64,000 nt of DNA from a virus (Duplodnaviria; Caudoviricetes), in the IMG/VR virus record IMGVR_UViG_3300020452_000320, positions 1,641 to 65,640 of that record. One strand, written 5' to 3'. A program made the position numbers and the translations under genes. Below the pieces are notes generated by a model. That model had not been told where the DNA came from. It searched no databases and was given only the letters and a program-made list of their open reading frames with translations. Shown here piece after piece: positions 37,636-49,600 of the stretch (position 1 is its first letter; each line of letters begins with the position of its first letter).

Positions 37636-40600
37636 TTAATACGGCAAAAACTTAGTAGCGATTGGATCTCCTACTCCAGTTAATATATGATTATTTCCAG
37701 AGATATCAGTAAACGAATTACTTGTAATTGCTGTAAGAACTGAACACTGACCACTAGGAATAGATGTATTAACATTAGTTGTACTAGAATACGTTCCACC
37801 AGTTGGTGTTAAATTTCCTGTCGGTACTGCAAAATTACCAGTATAAACAGCCGTACCTTTGATTACTCTGAAGTTGCTAAGATAAAAATTAGGTGTTTGA
37901 TCAGGGCCGTACATAGCACCTAGTCCTAAATAATCACCAGTACTATAGTTTGTAGTATCGCTTCTAGTATATATTTGAGTTCCATCTTTATATACATATA
38001 TATTACTTGAAGTTTTTGTCATAGCGTAATGCACCCAAGTATCAGCAACCGCTGCATTTGCAACCCCAAATGCATATTCACCACCTGCTCCATAAAGCTT
38101 TAATGTAGTTGCACTAGCTAAACCAAGACTCACAGAGGTAGTATAATTAGCTCCAAACCCAAGAGCATGATTTCCACCAACTTGCCAAAACCCATTATTA
38201 TTAGAGCCGCCTCCTAAATAGTAAACCCACCCTTCAATAGTCCAATCGCCTGTACCTAACGTAAAATCAGCGTTTTGTTGTGCTTTCACTACGTTATTAC
38301 TATTACCAGAAAAATAAAATGATCCACCAGGCAAACTCTCAAAAGGTGTTGCATAATGAAATGCTGTATTTCCATTAAGAGTTAACGCATGAGTTCCAGA
38401 ACTTTCGTCAGTTGTGGCAATTTCAACTTTTCTTGAGTCTGCTGTCACAGTTCCTTGAGGCATTGTAATAGTTTTACTAGTACCACTATTATCAGTTAAG
38501 ACATTAGAATCGCCTTGTGCTGTTAATAATACTGTACCACTTACGGCTGTCGCTGGAGTTGTCGGTACAGCAAATTTAGCAGCAGAAGTTTGTAATGCTG
38601 TACCTTTAATAACTCTAAAGTCACTTATCAATATTCCATTATCCCAACCATAATTACCACTCATTTCTCCACCAATACGTAATTGTGATGTTGAAGGAGC
38701 ATGAGTATAACTTCTTGTCCAACTTTGGCCTGTCGTAATTATACTACCAGAAGAATTTGTAGTATTACCATTGAGAGATATGTAATGATTATTTCCATGT
38801 CTACAAAATCTTACATAATACCATTGACCAGTTTCTGATCCAAAATCAGTTAGATTTATTTGACCAGAACCTGTTCCTGCTACATCCCAAAAGTTTAATC
38901 TATTACTACTTTGTGTATAATATATTTGAATAGCATCAGAATTAGCTGTGCCTGCACCAAAAAACCAATTGTTACTACTAGGAGTTGCTAATAAGTAAAA
39001 CCAAAAATCTATAGTCCAACTACCAGAACCCATAGACATATCAGCATGGGTTACTAATAAATTTTCAGCATTTGCATTAAATAAATAAGATCCAGATGAA
39101 GCATAAACAGGCGTAGGATTTCTACCAATTAACAGTTTTGTGTTAGCTACACCAGGCGATGATGGTGAACTTGGTACAGGTATTGAACTAACAAAAGGTG
39201 AGGCCGCATTTGCAACTGCATCTCCTCTTGCAGTTAAAGATACACTTGATGCACTATCATCATTAATTCCGCCAGATTCATTTGCAGTTAAAAGTTTAGT
39301 GTGACCAGAGGGTATTGATGTATTAACATTTGTAGTGGAATAATAAGTTCCACCAGTTAATGTTAGTGGGCCAGTGGGTGGAGTAAAAGCACTACTATAA
39401 ACTCCAGTTCCAACAACATATCTTACGTTTGAGATTTTGCCAGGAATTAAATAGCTATTACTATAGTAACCACCAATATTAATTTTTGTTACAGTATAAT
39501 TTTTTGCATCAGATACAGATATAACCTCTACGCCATCAACATAAAGTTTTGTAACATTGCTTATTCTAACATAAGCAATGTGATGCCATGTGTTCACAGT
39601 TGGCATAAGACCTGTAGTAGAATTTTGGTGAGTATCATTGTAGTATATTTGATAATTACCACTAGCATTATATGCAAAACCAATACCATTATATTGATTA
39701 GTACCAGAGAGTTCATTAGTGTGAATACCAATAATACCCTCTTGGGTCGCTACACTAGTAGTATTAAAAAAACATTCTAAAGTAAAATCACTAGTACCAG
39801 CTGCTGTTACTGTACCAGTTACCCAATCACCAGATCCATCAAGAAGAAAAGAACCATTTGCAGGAGCAGCTGTTACAGAATAAGCAGCAGACCCTTTTAT
39901 AATTCTTGCATTTGAAATATAACCATCAAAATATTGACTAGGACTACCAGCATTTGTTTGTGCCCCAATAGCTAATGGTTCTGTTCCATTGTGAATAGTA
40001 CCTTGAGTTCCAGTAGAAGCTTGTTGACTGCCGTTAACGAATAATTTTATAGTATCGCTAACACCCATTGCAACTACATGATACCAAGTATGATTAGATA
40101 TTGGTTTATCACCTGTTACAATTATATTGGTACTGCCATCATTCGTGTAAAGAAGTTGTAGTTTATTACCAGTGCTTTCACCTATTCTTAATATGTAGTC
40201 TTTTCCTGTTCCAGTACTACTCCATTTATTGATAATGTGGTGAGAGTCAGAAGCAGCAGAGTTTTGTTGCCATATCCATGCGTCTAATGTAAAATCCCCA
40301 GTTCCTAGATCAAAATCATCATGGTCTGCTAATTGTATATAATCGCCCGTACCATCAAAATAAAGTGAGCCTGAAACTGAGAATGCTAAACCAAAATTTT
40401 GTAAAGTTGTTGCGGCATTCGTACCATCAGATATTGAAAAATTAAGCGAAAAATCACCAGCATAGCTTGCGTTTGTACTAGGCGTTATTTTAATAAATCT
40501 ATTTGTTGTATTAGTACTAGCAGCTAACGCAGAATAAGTTCCACCAGATGTTGCACTACTTGTTACTGTTGCTGTTGTGCCACCCCCATTTGTAAGTGAC

Positions 40601-41127
40601 CCAGCAGTTACAGCATATGAATATTGTAGAGTAGTGCCTTCATCTACATCCGTACCTACAAGCTCTATAGTTGTAGCCGTACCTTCTGAACTCAACGTAA
40701 CATCTGTGCCAGATGCAGGGCTTACAAGTGTAGGGCTTGTATTTACTGTGGCTACTTTGTACCATCCAGACCCATTAAAAATGTAAAGGCCTGAATTTGC
40801 AGTAACTAGAGCTTGATCCCCAGCATTAGGAGAAGTAGCTGTCATTGCCGCAATATTTGCAAATACAGTAGTTCCACCACCAGCATTTGAATCTGCAGCT
40901 GATCCACCAGAAGCTTGTGTTTGAAATTGTACTTTGTTATCACTTCCCTTTTTTATAATAACTTTATTACTAGAATCGCCTATATGAACTTCATCTGCTA
41001 TAATTTTTTTAAGATTATTAGAAGTGTCAGTTACTTTTAAATCACCAGAATCAGTATTTAACTGGGTAGTGCCAATTTTAATGGGTGATGTTCCACCTCT
41101 GTCTGCTCTATCTCTAGCCCTTGTCAT
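37636..41127 (-). CDS. Fibre/receptor-binding protein with several LamG/ConA-like domains
   Basis: Four repeats of the SLYFDGTGDY...DFT(L/I)(D/E)xW...ISNxR pattern. Confidence 0.8.
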   Translation of the reverse strand: MTRARDRADRGGTSPIKIGTTQLNTDSGDLKVTDTSNNLKKIIADEVHIGDSSNKVIIKKGSDNKVQFQTQASGGSAADSNAGGGTTVFANIAAMTATSPNAGDQALVTANSGLYIFNGSGWYKVATVNTSPTLVSPASGTDVTLSSEGTATTIELVGTDVDEGTTLQYSYAVTAGSLTNGGGTTATVTSSATSGGTYSALAASTNTTNRFIKITPSTNASYAGDFSLNFSISDGTNAATTLQNFGLAFSVSGSLYFDGTGDYIQLADHDDFDLGTGDFTLDAWIWQQNSAASDSHHIINKWSSTGTGKDYILRIGESTGNKLQLLYTNDGSTNIIVTGDKPISNHTWYHVVAMGVSDTIKLFVNGSQQASTGTQGTIHNGTEPLAIGAQTNAGSPSQYFDGYISNARIIKGSAAYSVTAAPANGSFLLDGSGDWVTGTVTAAGTSDFTLECFFNTTSVATQEGIIGIHTNELSGTNQYNGIGFAYNASGNYQIYYNDTHQNSTTGLMPTVNTWHHIAYVRISNVTKLYVDGVEVISVSDAKNYTVTKINIGGYYSNSYLIPGKISNVRYVVGTGVYSSAFTPPTGPLTLTGGTYYSTTNVNTSIPSGHTKLLTANESGGINDDSASSVSLTARGDAVANAASPFVSSIPVPSSPSSPGVANTKLLIGRNPTPVYASSGSYLFNANAENLLVTHADMSMGSGSWTIDFWFYLLATPSSNNWFFGAGTANSDAIQIYYTQSSNRLNFWDVAGTGSGQINLTDFGSETGQWYYVRFCRHGNNHYISLNGNTTNSSGSIITTGQSWTRSYTHAPSTSQLRIGGEMSGNYGWDNGILISDFRVIKGTALQTSAAKFAVPTTPATAVSGTVLLTAQGDSNVLTDNSGTSKTITMPQGTVTADSRKVEIATTDESSGTHALTLNGNTAFHYATPFESLPGGSFYFSGNSNNVVKAQQNADFTLGTGDWTIEGWVYYLGGGSNNNGFWQVGGNHALGFGANYTTSVSLGLASATTLKLYGAGGEYAFGVANAAVADTWVHYAMTKTSSNIYVYKDGTQIYTRSDTTNYSTGDYLGLGAMYGPDQTPNFYLSNFRVIKGTAVYTGNFAVPTGNLTPTGGTYSSTTNVNTSIPSGQCSVLTAITSNSFTDISGNNHILTGVGDPIATKFLPY

Positions 41128-41152
41128 CTATTTTATCCCTTTTAACTACAAC

Positions 41153-41160
41153 TATTTATA
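41153..41160 (-). promoter_or_regulatory. T4 late promoter
   Basis: TATAAATA. Confidence 0.7.
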
Positions 41161-41162
41161 AC

Positions 41163-42215
41163 TTATGATATAGAAAAATAAACTAAACCATTTCCAGCTG
41201 GAACAACATCAGTGCCTTGAGTGCTTAATTGTCCTTGTGCGTATTTAACATGACTATTACCAGCCCAATTTGAATTTGCAAGTAAAGTATTTACATCTGG
41301 TGCATTATTTAATGAACTTTGTGTATTATTATTGCCAGGATTAGAAGATACTTTAGTATAAGTTTGACTAGTTGTCAATGATGTATTATAATAACTTGAG
41401 CCACCACCAGCAGGTTTGCCGTCACCACTACCAGCACCACCACCATAATATCCACCACCGCCTCCAGAAGAATCATTAGAATTAGATACAGTTTGACTTC
41501 CACCAGTTGGACTTCCACCTTGTAGTTTTGCACCATTTGATGCACCACCAGCACTTTGACTTCCACCTACACCACTTGATGCTGTTGTTGCTGAAGCAGA
41601 ATCACCAGTTGCTCCACCACCAGACCCACCATGTCCAGCATATCCACAAGTTCCACCGCCTCCAGCTGCAATCATTAATATATCACTATCACTCATACCT
41701 GTAGCAAAAGTTGCTTTAGATAACATAGTCATTCCACCACCACCAGCACCAGAAGCGTCACCTTTTACTCCAAAACCACCATTAGGCCAACCAGCATCTC
41801 CACCATTACCATTACCAGCATTAGTGCCTCCACCAGCTTCCCCAATATAAAGATAATATGTTGTTCCAGTTTGTAATGTAGTAGTTGCATAACACAAAGC
41901 ACCATTACCAGAATGATAACCAGCAGTATATTTTCCAACACCACCAGCTGCACCCCATAGATAAAAAGTAACAGTTACATTAGTTGCTCCAACTGTAATA
42001 GAGTGAGCCCACTCTCCGCCATGTCTTACATAACCAGTATTGCCTGGAAAAAATGTATTAATTGATCCATTTGAATTTATTTTAAAAGAATGGGGAGCTG
42101 GAAACCCACCATCACGATTTAATGCAGTTATAAAATTAGGTTTAAATATACCAGAAGCTTCTGTTCCAGACACAGTTCTAAAATTTGATATTAATCCACC
42201 TCTAGCCTTTGCCAT
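41163..42215 (-). CDS. Glycine-rich virion protein (polyglycine II bundle type)
   Basis: LWGAAGG, GAGGGG, AAGGGG, GGGGGYYGGG, GGGSSY. Confidence 0.7.
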   Translation of the reverse strand: MAKARGGLISNFRTVSGTEASGIFKPNFITALNRDGGFPAPHSFKINSNGSINTFFPGNTGYVRHGGEWAHSITVGATNVTVTFYLWGAAGGVGKYTAGYHSGNGALCYATTTLQTGTTYYLYIGEAGGGTNAGNGNGGDAGWPNGGFGVKGDASGAGGGGMTMLSKATFATGMSDSDILMIAAGGGGTCGYAGHGGSGGGATGDSASATTASSGVGGSQSAGGASNGAKLQGGSPTGGSQTVSNSNDSSGGGGGYYGGGAGSGDGKPAGGGSSYYNTSLTTSQTYTKVSSNPGNNNTQSSLNNAPDVNTLLANSNWAGNSHVKYAQGQLSTQGTDVVPAGNGLVYFSIS

Positions 42216-42217
42216 TT

Positions 42218-42571
42218 TTAACTAATTTCCTCGTAACTACAAACTGCTTCAACATCTGAGGCTGCACTTGCTGTAAGTCTTAATGCATCTCCTTCTTCAA
42301 GATATATTGCTTTTGAAAGAACATCTATTGTAGAATCAGCAGGAACTGAAACTGTTTTCATAATATGATATGCAGTACTACTTCTAAAAATATCTATGTT
42401 TATTGTAGCAAGATTTACTCCATCAACATTTGATATGTATAAAGCATTTACTTTAAAAACTTTTCCAGATGAGCCTGCATTAGTTACGATTGCAGTTGCA
42501 GAAGTTCCAACAGCCTGAACGGCTGTTTTTCCTGTAATTGTTGCTACATTTACTATATTTGGTGCCGCCAT
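42218..42571 (-). CDS. 117-aa virion connector-like protein (paralogue 1)
   Basis: IMKTVSVPADSTIDV...YLEEGDALR pattern shared with 61174 and 62998. Confidence 0.7.
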   Translation of the reverse strand: MAAPNIVNVATITGKTAVQAVGTSATAIVTNAGSSGKVFKVNALYISNVDGVNLATINIDIFRSSTAYHIMKTVSVPADSTIDVLSKAIYLEEGDALRLTASAASDVEAVCSYEEIS

Positions 42572-42587
42572 TTTTATCCCCTATATT

Positions 42588-44528
42588 TTATCCACCGAAA
42601 ACGATTGACATTGCGATTGCTTTTCCAGTAGAAGCACCCCCTAAATTATTTAGAGCTGTTGTTGCATTGTTAACATCAGATAAATTACTACTTATTTTTA
42701 GTGCGTTTGCAACTGAATAACTTTCAAAAACAAGGATTTCTAATATATCACTTGTAGCTGCTCCAGATGCTAGAGTTACAGTAGTACCACCAGATACAGT
42801 AAAATCGCCTTGTTGTTTATTTAATTTAGAACCATTTAAAAATACTTCTACATTATCTGCAAGAAAAGAAAGAGTTTGTGAAGCTGCATCTGCACCAGTA
42901 AATGCAGTTTGATTGTTAGTTGCAACATAAGTGTATCTATTTCCTACTACTGCATTATTTTCAGTAACGCCTCTTACATTAATCTCGTCATTATTTGCTG
43001 GTGTATAAGTGAATGTTAAAACACTTGTTCCAGTATTAAATGTATAGTCAGTAGCTGGTACTAGTAAACTACCATTTACAAATACCATAAATTGATCTAT
43101 ATTTACATAAGAATTTGTTAATGTAAATGTAGTTGCAGATCCATTTGCAGTAAATTTATCTAATTTTATTCTACCAACACCTATACTTCTTACAACAATT
43201 TCTGAAGAATTAACAGGTGTAAATGTAAATGTTAATGTTTGACCACTTATAGCATAATCTGTAGTTGGTGTTAAATGTTGACCATTATAAAATACAACAG
43301 CACCATCAGTTGTAAAAAGATTTGATAATGTAAATGTAGTTGTAGATCCATTGCCTGTAAATGTTTCTCTAACAGTATTTGTAACTTGATAAGTAGGATC
43401 AGTAATAGTAATTGTTTTATCTACACCAGTTCCAGATGCAGTTACAGAACTACCTACAAAGTTTAAAGAACTTGCAGCTGTAGATAATGCACTACCTTCG
43501 TCTTTTACTGTTATTGCACTTCCACCACCACCACCAGATGATGCGATTGTAATTGCATCAGTACCAGCATTCGTAGTAAGTGTAATATTAGAACCAGCAA
43601 CTAATGTTAAAGTATCAGTAGCACTATCTGCTACTACATCACTTTGACCAGAAACTGAAATTGTTTTAAAAGTATTACTTGCACCACCAGAAGCTGCAGA
43701 TTCTAAACCAATAGTTCCTGCTGAGTGGTCATATGTCATTACATAGTTATCTTGTCCAGAACCTACAGTTTGATCTGCATCAAATGTAAGATTTCCTAAT
43801 AATACATTACCAGTTCCATGTGGTTCTATATCAATATTTCCATTTGATGTGGAAATAATTTTATGTGTTACTACGTCAAGACTACCGCCTAATTGTGGAG
43901 TAGAATCTTCTGCAACATTATTAATAGAAACTGCTTGAGCTCTTGCATCTGTATAGTATAAATTAGTTGAACCTTCGGTTATTGTATCTGTAGTACCTAT
44001 TGTACTAGTACTTGCAGCCCAACCCATATATCCATGTGCAGAACATTGATAATACAAAACAGAAGGAGCATTTTCGGCAACTACAATTTGTGTATATGCA
44101 CCAGCATTTCCTGGCGTACCATTTGTTGTAACACCTGTAGTATATGCAGTAGTTTTAGCTGCATCTAGATAAAATCTAAAAGGATGACCAGAGTTACTTG
44201 AATCAGTTTGATGAAATGTATAAGTATTTTTTGGAATTAATTTTAAAAATGGAGAAAATACTCCATTAATCTTATACTTACTACTAGAACCAGTTCCATG
44301 ATATGGGTGTGCAACTGTAGAAGATGCAACTGTTACATAAAAGTTTTGTGCTGATCCATCAAATGCTGTTGCATAATGATCTGAAATAGTAACAACATTA
44401 TTACTACCATCTCGCATATACATTTTTCTGTCATGCGTATTAAATGCAACCTCACCCTCAACCAAATTACTTGTTGTTGGTATGGTTGAGTGGGTATGTG
44501 ACCTTTTTAGTTTTACATCAATAGCCAT
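42588..44528 (-). CDS. Tail fibre-like virion protein
   Basis: N-terminal KLKRS...GEVAFN; FTGNGSTTTFTL repeats; C-terminal GKAIAMSIVFGG. Confidence 0.7.
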   Translation of the reverse strand: MAIDVKLKRSHTHSTIPTTSNLVEGEVAFNTHDRKMYMRDGSNNVVTISDHYATAFDGSAQNFYVTVASSTVAHPYHGTGSSSKYKINGVFSPFLKLIPKNTYTFHQTDSSNSGHPFRFYLDAAKTTAYTTGVTTNGTPGNAGAYTQIVVAENAPSVLYYQCSAHGYMGWAASTSTIGTTDTITEGSTNLYYTDARAQAVSINNVAEDSTPQLGGSLDVVTHKIISTSNGNIDIEPHGTGNVLLGNLTFDADQTVGSGQDNYVMTYDHSAGTIGLESAASGGASNTFKTISVSGQSDVVADSATDTLTLVAGSNITLTTNAGTDAITIASSGGGGGSAITVKDEGSALSTAASSLNFVGSSVTASGTGVDKTITITDPTYQVTNTVRETFTGNGSTTTFTLSNLFTTDGAVVFYNGQHLTPTTDYAISGQTLTFTFTPVNSSEIVVRSIGVGRIKLDKFTANGSATTFTLTNSYVNIDQFMVFVNGSLLVPATDYTFNTGTSVLTFTYTPANNDEINVRGVTENNAVVGNRYTYVATNNQTAFTGADAASQTLSFLADNVEVFLNGSKLNKQQGDFTVSGGTTVTLASGAATSDILEILVFESYSVANALKISSNLSDVNNATTALNNLGGASTGKAIAMSIVFGG

Positions 44529-44552
44529 CAGGCATATCTCCTATATGACTAT

Positions 44553-45968
44553 TTAGAATGTTCCACCATCAAGGGAATTAGAAACTCCCCATGTATCAGT
44601 ACTAGTGTTATATAGAGCAAATTTATCTAATGTTCCCCCTCCAGTAGCACCATCTAATGCAGTTATAGTATTTAATGTATTTGCAACCAAAAGAGAACCT
44701 TTTGCAATTGTAGTTAATCCTGTACCACCAGCTGTGGCTGCAATTGCAGTTCCATTCCAAGTACCAGTTCCAATTGTTCCTAAAGTTGTAATGGATGTTT
44801 GACCAACATAAGTTGTAGCAATATTAATTGAATCAGCAGCTACAGTAATCCTATCAGCAGTTCCTACAACATCAAGTGTTGATCCACTTTTAGTAAGACC
44901 AGCACCACCAACAACATTACCAGCACCAGAAAATTGTGTAAACGCTATTGCAGTAGAACCAGGCGTAATAGCACCATTTGTTGTTACAACAAATCCATTA
45001 TCAGCATTAGCTGTACCTTCTTCAACAAATACAAATGCACCAGAAGAAACATCGGCTGCACTATCAAAATCAGTTGCTCTTGTTGGAGCACCACTTGCAT
45101 TTACTGTATAGATACCATTTTCTGATCCAGTTGATTGATTTTTTAAAAGTATTCTATTTCCAGTTGCAAGGGTAATACCATCAACTGTTTGCCCATTTGC
45201 AAATGCACTTGATAAAGTTCCATTAGCTGTTGTTGCAACTCTTACAGATTCTTTAATATCTAACCCTTGAAGTTGCCCGTCAACATAACCTTTATTAGCT
45301 GCATGATGAGATGCAGAAGGAGTACCAACATTTTTAATTACGTTACTAGATGCATCTATACTTCCAGCTGCATCTAATTTTAAATCTCCACTAGAAGTTG
45401 ATATTGTCTGTGCATCTGCATCACCTAGTTTTATATTATCTACAGTTATAGCAGTAAATGCACTTGGATTTGTTTTAAGTTCTATCGTACTACCATTGAT
45501 TGTGAAATCATTTGCATCAAAACCCATGAAAGATAATGCACCAGATCCATTAGTTGTCATAACATTATTCGCACTTCCATCAGCAGAAGGCAAGGTAAAT
45601 GTTATATTAGAACCTAATGCATTAGGCCCTTTAAGTTCAAGATAATGATTACCATTATTAGTGCCTTCATTTAACTTAATTGAACCACCATTTGTAGCGT
45701 TAGTACCAACTAATAAATCATCTATTCTTTTATTACTATCAACAATAATAGCAGATGCTGCTGTTAATGTTCCATGAGCATGATCCATCATGTCTGTAAA
45801 GTATTGACCACCAATAACTGTTACAGAGTTTGATGAGTCACCTACAAAAAACCTTTTTCCATTATTTGATTGTGTTCCAGATCCATGTGTGTACGCTAAT
45901 TCACCATCTTGTAGTGTTCCTGGCGCCGTGGAAGCTGTTGATCTTTTTATTTGTAATGTAATTGCCAT
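44553..45968 (-). CDS. Tail fibre-like virion protein
   Basis: QIKRS...GELAY N-terminus, AANKGYVD, KESVRVATT, ENGIY, terminal DGGTF. Confidence 0.7.
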   Translation of the reverse strand: MAITLQIKRSTASTAPGTLQDGELAYTHGSGTQSNNGKRFFVGDSSNSVTVIGGQYFTDMMDHAHGTLTAASAIIVDSNKRIDDLLVGTNATNGGSIKLNEGTNNGNHYLELKGPNALGSNITFTLPSADGSANNVMTTNGSGALSFMGFDANDFTINGSTIELKTNPSAFTAITVDNIKLGDADAQTISTSSGDLKLDAAGSIDASSNVIKNVGTPSASHHAANKGYVDGQLQGLDIKESVRVATTANGTLSSAFANGQTVDGITLATGNRILLKNQSTGSENGIYTVNASGAPTRATDFDSAADVSSGAFVFVEEGTANADNGFVVTTNGAITPGSTAIAFTQFSGAGNVVGGAGLTKSGSTLDVVGTADRITVAADSINIATTYVGQTSITTLGTIGTGTWNGTAIAATAGGTGLTTIAKGSLLVANTLNTITALDGATGGGTLDKFALYNTSTDTWGVSNSLDGGTF

Positions 45969-45983
45969 TTTTTATATCCCTCT

Positions 45984-46226
45984 TTAAAAACTTCCAGAAT
46001 TTAGCGTAATGTCCGCTGTTGTATCTAGTTCATTTCGTGCTGTCCATTTCTGTGTAGTTGAATTGTATTGTAATATTGCACCATTTTGTAGTCCAACACT
46101 TATTACGTCAACATTACTAATATCATTTAAACTAATAGTGGCAGCAGCTGCTGGGCCACCAGATGGGCCCTGTGGGCCTGGAACTGTAACACGAATTACT
46201 TGTGGTTGATTTGTAACGATTGCCAT
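45984..46226 (-). CDS. Small virion protein with a short collagen-like motif
   Basis: GPQGPSGGP, LNDISNVD, NGAILQYNSTTQKW. Confidence 0.65.
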   Translation of the reverse strand: MAIVTNQPQVIRVTVPGPQGPSGGPAAAATISLNDISNVDVISVGLQNGAILQYNSTTQKWTARNELDTTADITLNSGSF

Positions 46227-46238
46227 CTTTAACTCCTA

Positions 46239-46580
46239 TTATGCCCTTGATACACTTGGATTGACAGTTGCAATCCCTTCTACTACTCTTGTTTTTGTTG
46301 CACCACCAGGCAGTGTCAAATTAACATCATAAACATATTTACCAGATTCAAGTGCAGATGTTTGTGCATCAGTTAACGAAATTGTTATTTGTCCATTTGT
46401 TGTTGGTGTTTCAAATACTACACTAAAACCTACTGAAGTTATTGACTCATACGTTTTTCGTAATTGAGCAATTCCAGAATATCCTGTTATATCCAAAGCT
46501 GCTCCATTACTATCTGCAATACTTATTGTTGTTGTAAATGTTGTGCCTTGATCTATAAATATATTTGATACTGTCGCCAT
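46239..46580 (-). CDS. Ig-like (BppU N-terminal-like) virion adaptor protein
   Basis: IDQGTTF, GQITISLT, GKYVYDV, RVVEG. Confidence 0.65.
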   Translation of the reverse strand: MATVSNIFIDQGTTFTTTISIADSNGAALDITGYSGIAQLRKTYESITSVGFSVVFETPTTNGQITISLTDAQTSALESGKYVYDVNLTLPGGATKTRVVEGIATVNPSVSRA

Positions 46581-46605
46581 AAAACAAAAAGACTCCTTCT
46601 TTGTC

Positions 46606-46613
46606 TATTTATA
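46606..46613 (-). promoter_or_regulatory. T4 late promoter
   Basis: TATAAATA. Confidence 0.7.
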
Positions 46614-46626
46614 ATGTTTAAACCCT

Positions 46627-49600
46627 CTATGCAATCGCAAGAAAAATATATCTTGCACCATTTACATTAATTGGAGCTGCAGCTACTGAAGAACTATATT
46701 GATTAGTACCATTGGTATAAGAATTTGCTGGAACAGCAAACCCTTGTGAATATGGATCAATCACATCTACACCTGTTTTATGTGCATGATCTTGATTTAA
46801 AACTGTAAACATATCATTTCCAGTTGCAATACCTTCAGTTCCATATCCGCCTGCATTTCCAGCATCAAACATATACCAATTACCAGCTGCATCTTCTCTT
46901 TTTATTATTATAAATCTTGCACCACCACTAAATCCACAGTTAACATTTACAGTTGTAGTACCAGTACCCAAATAATAACCAACCTTACTAACACCAGCTA
47001 AAGTTGCAAACATTATTCTTTGTACATAAAAGTTTGTTTGATTAGTAGGTTTTGGTATATTACCAGATGTTCCATCAACTCCTGTATATACAAGGTCTGA
47101 ATTAGATGCAGTAACAGTTCCTATAGTATGAGATCCATGTGCAACAGTACCATAATTATCAGTAGTAATAGTATTATTTGAACTTTGTGATGAGTCAGCA
47201 TAATAACCACCATAGTTATAAGTACTATTACCATTAATATTCATAGATTTATCCCACGCACCCCAACCAGCATTAATCATCATTCTATCATTTAATCCAT
47301 TAGTCATATCTTTATGTCTAACATCAAACCCTAACCATCTTTTATCTGGATGACCACCGCCTACAGCGTTTTGAACATACTGACTATCAATAGTAGGTCT
47401 AAAAACTTTTGAAATGATCATTTCTGGAACAACTCCAAGATTATGCTTTGTTGTTAAAACATCACTAGAACTATTCAAAGTTCCAGATTGACCAGTAATT
47501 TTATCTACAGTTACATCCATAAATCCAGGCGCTCTTTGAAACATCATTGCATAGTTTTGTGCTTCAGATTGATTTGTACCACTTTGTTGAAAACTACCAC
47601 TTGGATTTGGATTGGTTGTCCATTTTGCATAAAAACTTTGCAAAGATCCACTCCCAGCAGTTCCAATTTCTCCAAAACCATTACCATCAAATGGATTATA
47701 TAAATCTCCTTGATTTGAACCATTATTTAAATATTGAGGATTAGAATCTAATCTACCAAGTTCATGTCCTATTTTACCTGTAAGTCTTGTGTATATATGA
47801 TGATGACTAGCATTATTAGCTGGGTGATTAACATTAGAAAGTATTACAACATCTGGTTTAAATGTAATAGGAACTAAATGATTATTTTCGTGTGGTTTAA
47901 AAGCAGTTGTTCCCATCCACTTTCCATTATCTTGAACACCACTATTATAACTATCACGTTGTTTATCACTTTGAACAAAATCTTTATATTCTCCTTTAGA
48001 ACTGTAAATTGAAGCTGTGTTATGTGGATCAGCAGAACCTCTTGCAGTAGCAAAAACTTCATTTCCAGCTGTCGGTACTTTTCTAGGTCTGCGAACTGCA
48101 AAATATAAATATCTTTCTCCAGATTTATTCCAGTTTCTTGACCATTCTTGTGTTTCACCACTCCAACTTCTATAGTCACTATTAAGGCCTGTTCCTCTTA
48201 CTTCAAATCCTCTTGCGTGAGGAAATCCTACCATTCCATGAGTATGTGTAAATTCTCTGTCAAAGTAATGGCCTATGTTACCATTAGTATTTCTTCGACT
48301 TAAAGATAAAACATTTCCTTCATTTCTATCCCAACCTCTTGTTGTATCTAACATAATCCATTCACCACTAGTAGTCATTGCCTTAATCATTACAAATTGA
48401 GGCTCCCAACCTAAATCTACATTTACTCCAGATGTTTCTGTTCCATAGTGTTGTGTCGCATTATTATCATCAATATTTGATTGTGACCCAATGGTTGGAT
48501 AATTAGTGAGTCCAGCTCCATTTCCAATATATGATCCAGTTGCAATATTTCCTGTATTTGGTTGGTCTGCAAAAAGATATACTTCATATATAACACCATT
48601 TACATTCATACCAGAAGCAGAAGCTGCAGATTGTGAATTATTAGTCCAATCGCCATTTATAACAATATAATCTTCGGTAGGAGTGCCAAGACTACTACTT
48701 GTTCCACCAAATATTTCGTTACCATATAGTTGATTACCACTGCCTGGATTTTGAAAGTTTGGTGTTTGAAATGAAGACTCATGATCCACAGTTGCAAAAT
48801 GGTTGGGCATATCTTTATGCCACATGAATGTTGGAGCTGTCACATTATTAGTGTGATGTCTTATCCATATCATCGCTGGCGTAACGCCTAAATTATGAGA
48901 GATTTGTCGATTAAAATTATTAGAACCATTTCCAGTATATTTAAACGCATCAAAAAACTTATGCGACTTTTTTATCGTAACTGCAACGAATCTACCATCT
49001 TTAGTTGTTTGTATTTGATCACCAAGACCCATACCAGTTTTATCAATATATTGAATCCCATCACTCTCACCACCACTACTACCATATAGTGAAGCACTGC
49101 CAGAAGATACAGTAGTAAAACTTCTATAATTACCTAAAGCACAGTATTGTTTCCTAGAACTATCTCTTCTAGTATCTAAGGTACTAAATATTCTGGTGTC
49201 ATTCCACTTGTACGCATTATTAGTTAATTGGTTTGCTCCTGATGGTAAACCAGTTCCTAAATGATTATGCCTTCTACGATTTGATATGAAAATTAATCCA
49301 GCATTATCATTTGCATTATCATATGTATTTTTTGGATCTAAAACAAGTATCTGTGCTAATTGTTCACCACTACCACCACCAATAGGATTTGCTGATGTTA
49401 CAGCATATGTTGTGCCACCATCAGTTCCTAAACCAACTCCAGTTGAATTACGATCAACAAAAGATAACATATTTACAGTATTTCCATGATAAGTAACCTT
49501 ACCATTTTCCATATTTTCTGCACCTTGTATATATCTTGTTGAGTTAGTCATTCCCATTTTTTTATCTAAAATAGTACTGCTTCTACCCCAAGAACTAGTG